The position numbers and the translations under genes were made by a program. A DNA stretch of 64,000 nucleotides from Harriotta raleighana (Eukaryota), in assembly GCA_050575255.1 (NCBI GenBank), contig JBNZDD010013725.1:4970550-5034549 (forward strand), read 5' to 3'. Shown here piece by piece: positions 62,945 to 64,000 of this stretch (the first letter of the stretch is position 1; each line of letters begins with the position of its first letter). The notes under the pieces are model-generated. The model did no database searches. It had not been told where the DNA came from and worked only from the letters and a program-made list of their open reading frames with translations.

Positions 62945-63432
62945 TCATCGCGGTATTTCTTAAAACTATTAGCAATAGATATCAACTCGGCATAGTTAGT
63001 AACACTCTTTCTTCTGAGTCAAAAGACTGAGTGTTTTAGACCCCGTACTTTGTCATTACAGTTCAAACTGATATAGCAATACAGTACTTCATTAAACTAA
63101 GATGAATAGTAAAGATTGCACAGCACAATTCAATAAAGGGAATCTTTTTGCCCTGGCCAACAATTATCCAGATAAAATTGGTCAGTCACTTCATGACTAC
63201 TTGTGGAACATTGCTATTCCACTACAAGATACACAGTCCCTTCACTTTAAGTAAATGTCACCCATAAAATATACAGTCAATTCACTTTACTGTATATTAT
63301 GAAGCACGTTGAGATGTCTCTAAGACATCATAAGGAGATATAAGAAATGTAAGGATTATTATTATAAATCCTGTGAAAAATTTTCTGATGTCCTTCTGAC
63401 ATGAAAGCCACTACATAAATGTAAACAGAATA

Positions 63433-64000
63433 CAGTAAAAGCCTGTTTATACGTGACTCGAACATGAAAACCCGTTGAACCGGAACCTCAAAAAAAAGTC
63501 CCAATTCAATAAACCAGAAGTTATCCAGCAGAATAGTGATGATGCATTTAATTAATTGATTGTCGCACGCAAGTACTGATGCAGGTATTTCGACTGGCTG
63601 CTAGTTGAGTCTAAACTCGCTCCTGCTTTTTTTCATAAGTCACGCTATTGACTTTTTTTTCTAAAAGTCACGTTGCCATTTTGTTTTCCTCCCATGACAG
63701 CCGTTGGAGAAGTTAAGTATAAATAATAAAGTACTTAATACAACATTCTGTTATTATAGTATCTGTTATTAGTGTATTTAGTCCATTATTTATATAGTAT
63801 TGTTCAACATTTACAATAAAGTAGCCATATAATATTCTGTTATTACAGTATCTGTTACTGCTGTATTTAGTCTATTATTTATATGGTACAGTGTACAACA
63901 ATTATAAGCACCCATACAATATTCTGTTATTATTTAGTCTATTATTAATATGGTATGTGTTAAAAAAAAATCGTTGAACCGGAAAACCGTTTAACCAGCA
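63433..64000. mobile_element. Tigger/pogo-like MITE, cut by the window end
   Basis: TA|cagtaaaagcctgtttat...; homologous to 60596-61104 with more internal attctgttatta units. Confidence 0.85.

Overview
Eukaryotic (vertebrate) genomic DNA. The repeat content (tRNA/Deu-type SINEs, L2, CR1, Penelope-like fragments) points to a cartilaginous fish, probably a holocephalan; this is inference. The whole window lies inside the cell-polarity gene PARD3 on the minus strand. Three coding exons (62611-62841, 51168-51423, 106-228) splice in frame with GT-AG boundaries across introns of about 11.2 kb and 50.9 kb. The rest is intron, densely filled with SINEs, LINE fragments and TA-flanked MITEs, often nested. 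Most ORFs in the supplied track are spurious. Best leads: a candidate alternative terminal micro-exon (…MFRLAKK*) resembling the mammalian short PAR-3 isoform ending; a 217-bp near-perfect foldback; a Penelope-like insertion carrying a hammerhead-ribozyme motif; recurrent ~60-nt L2 tail-only insertions; three SINE generations sharing an L2 tail; and locally templated insertions. I see no firm evidence for an entirely new multi-gene system. Repeat boundaries are approximate and were read by eye.
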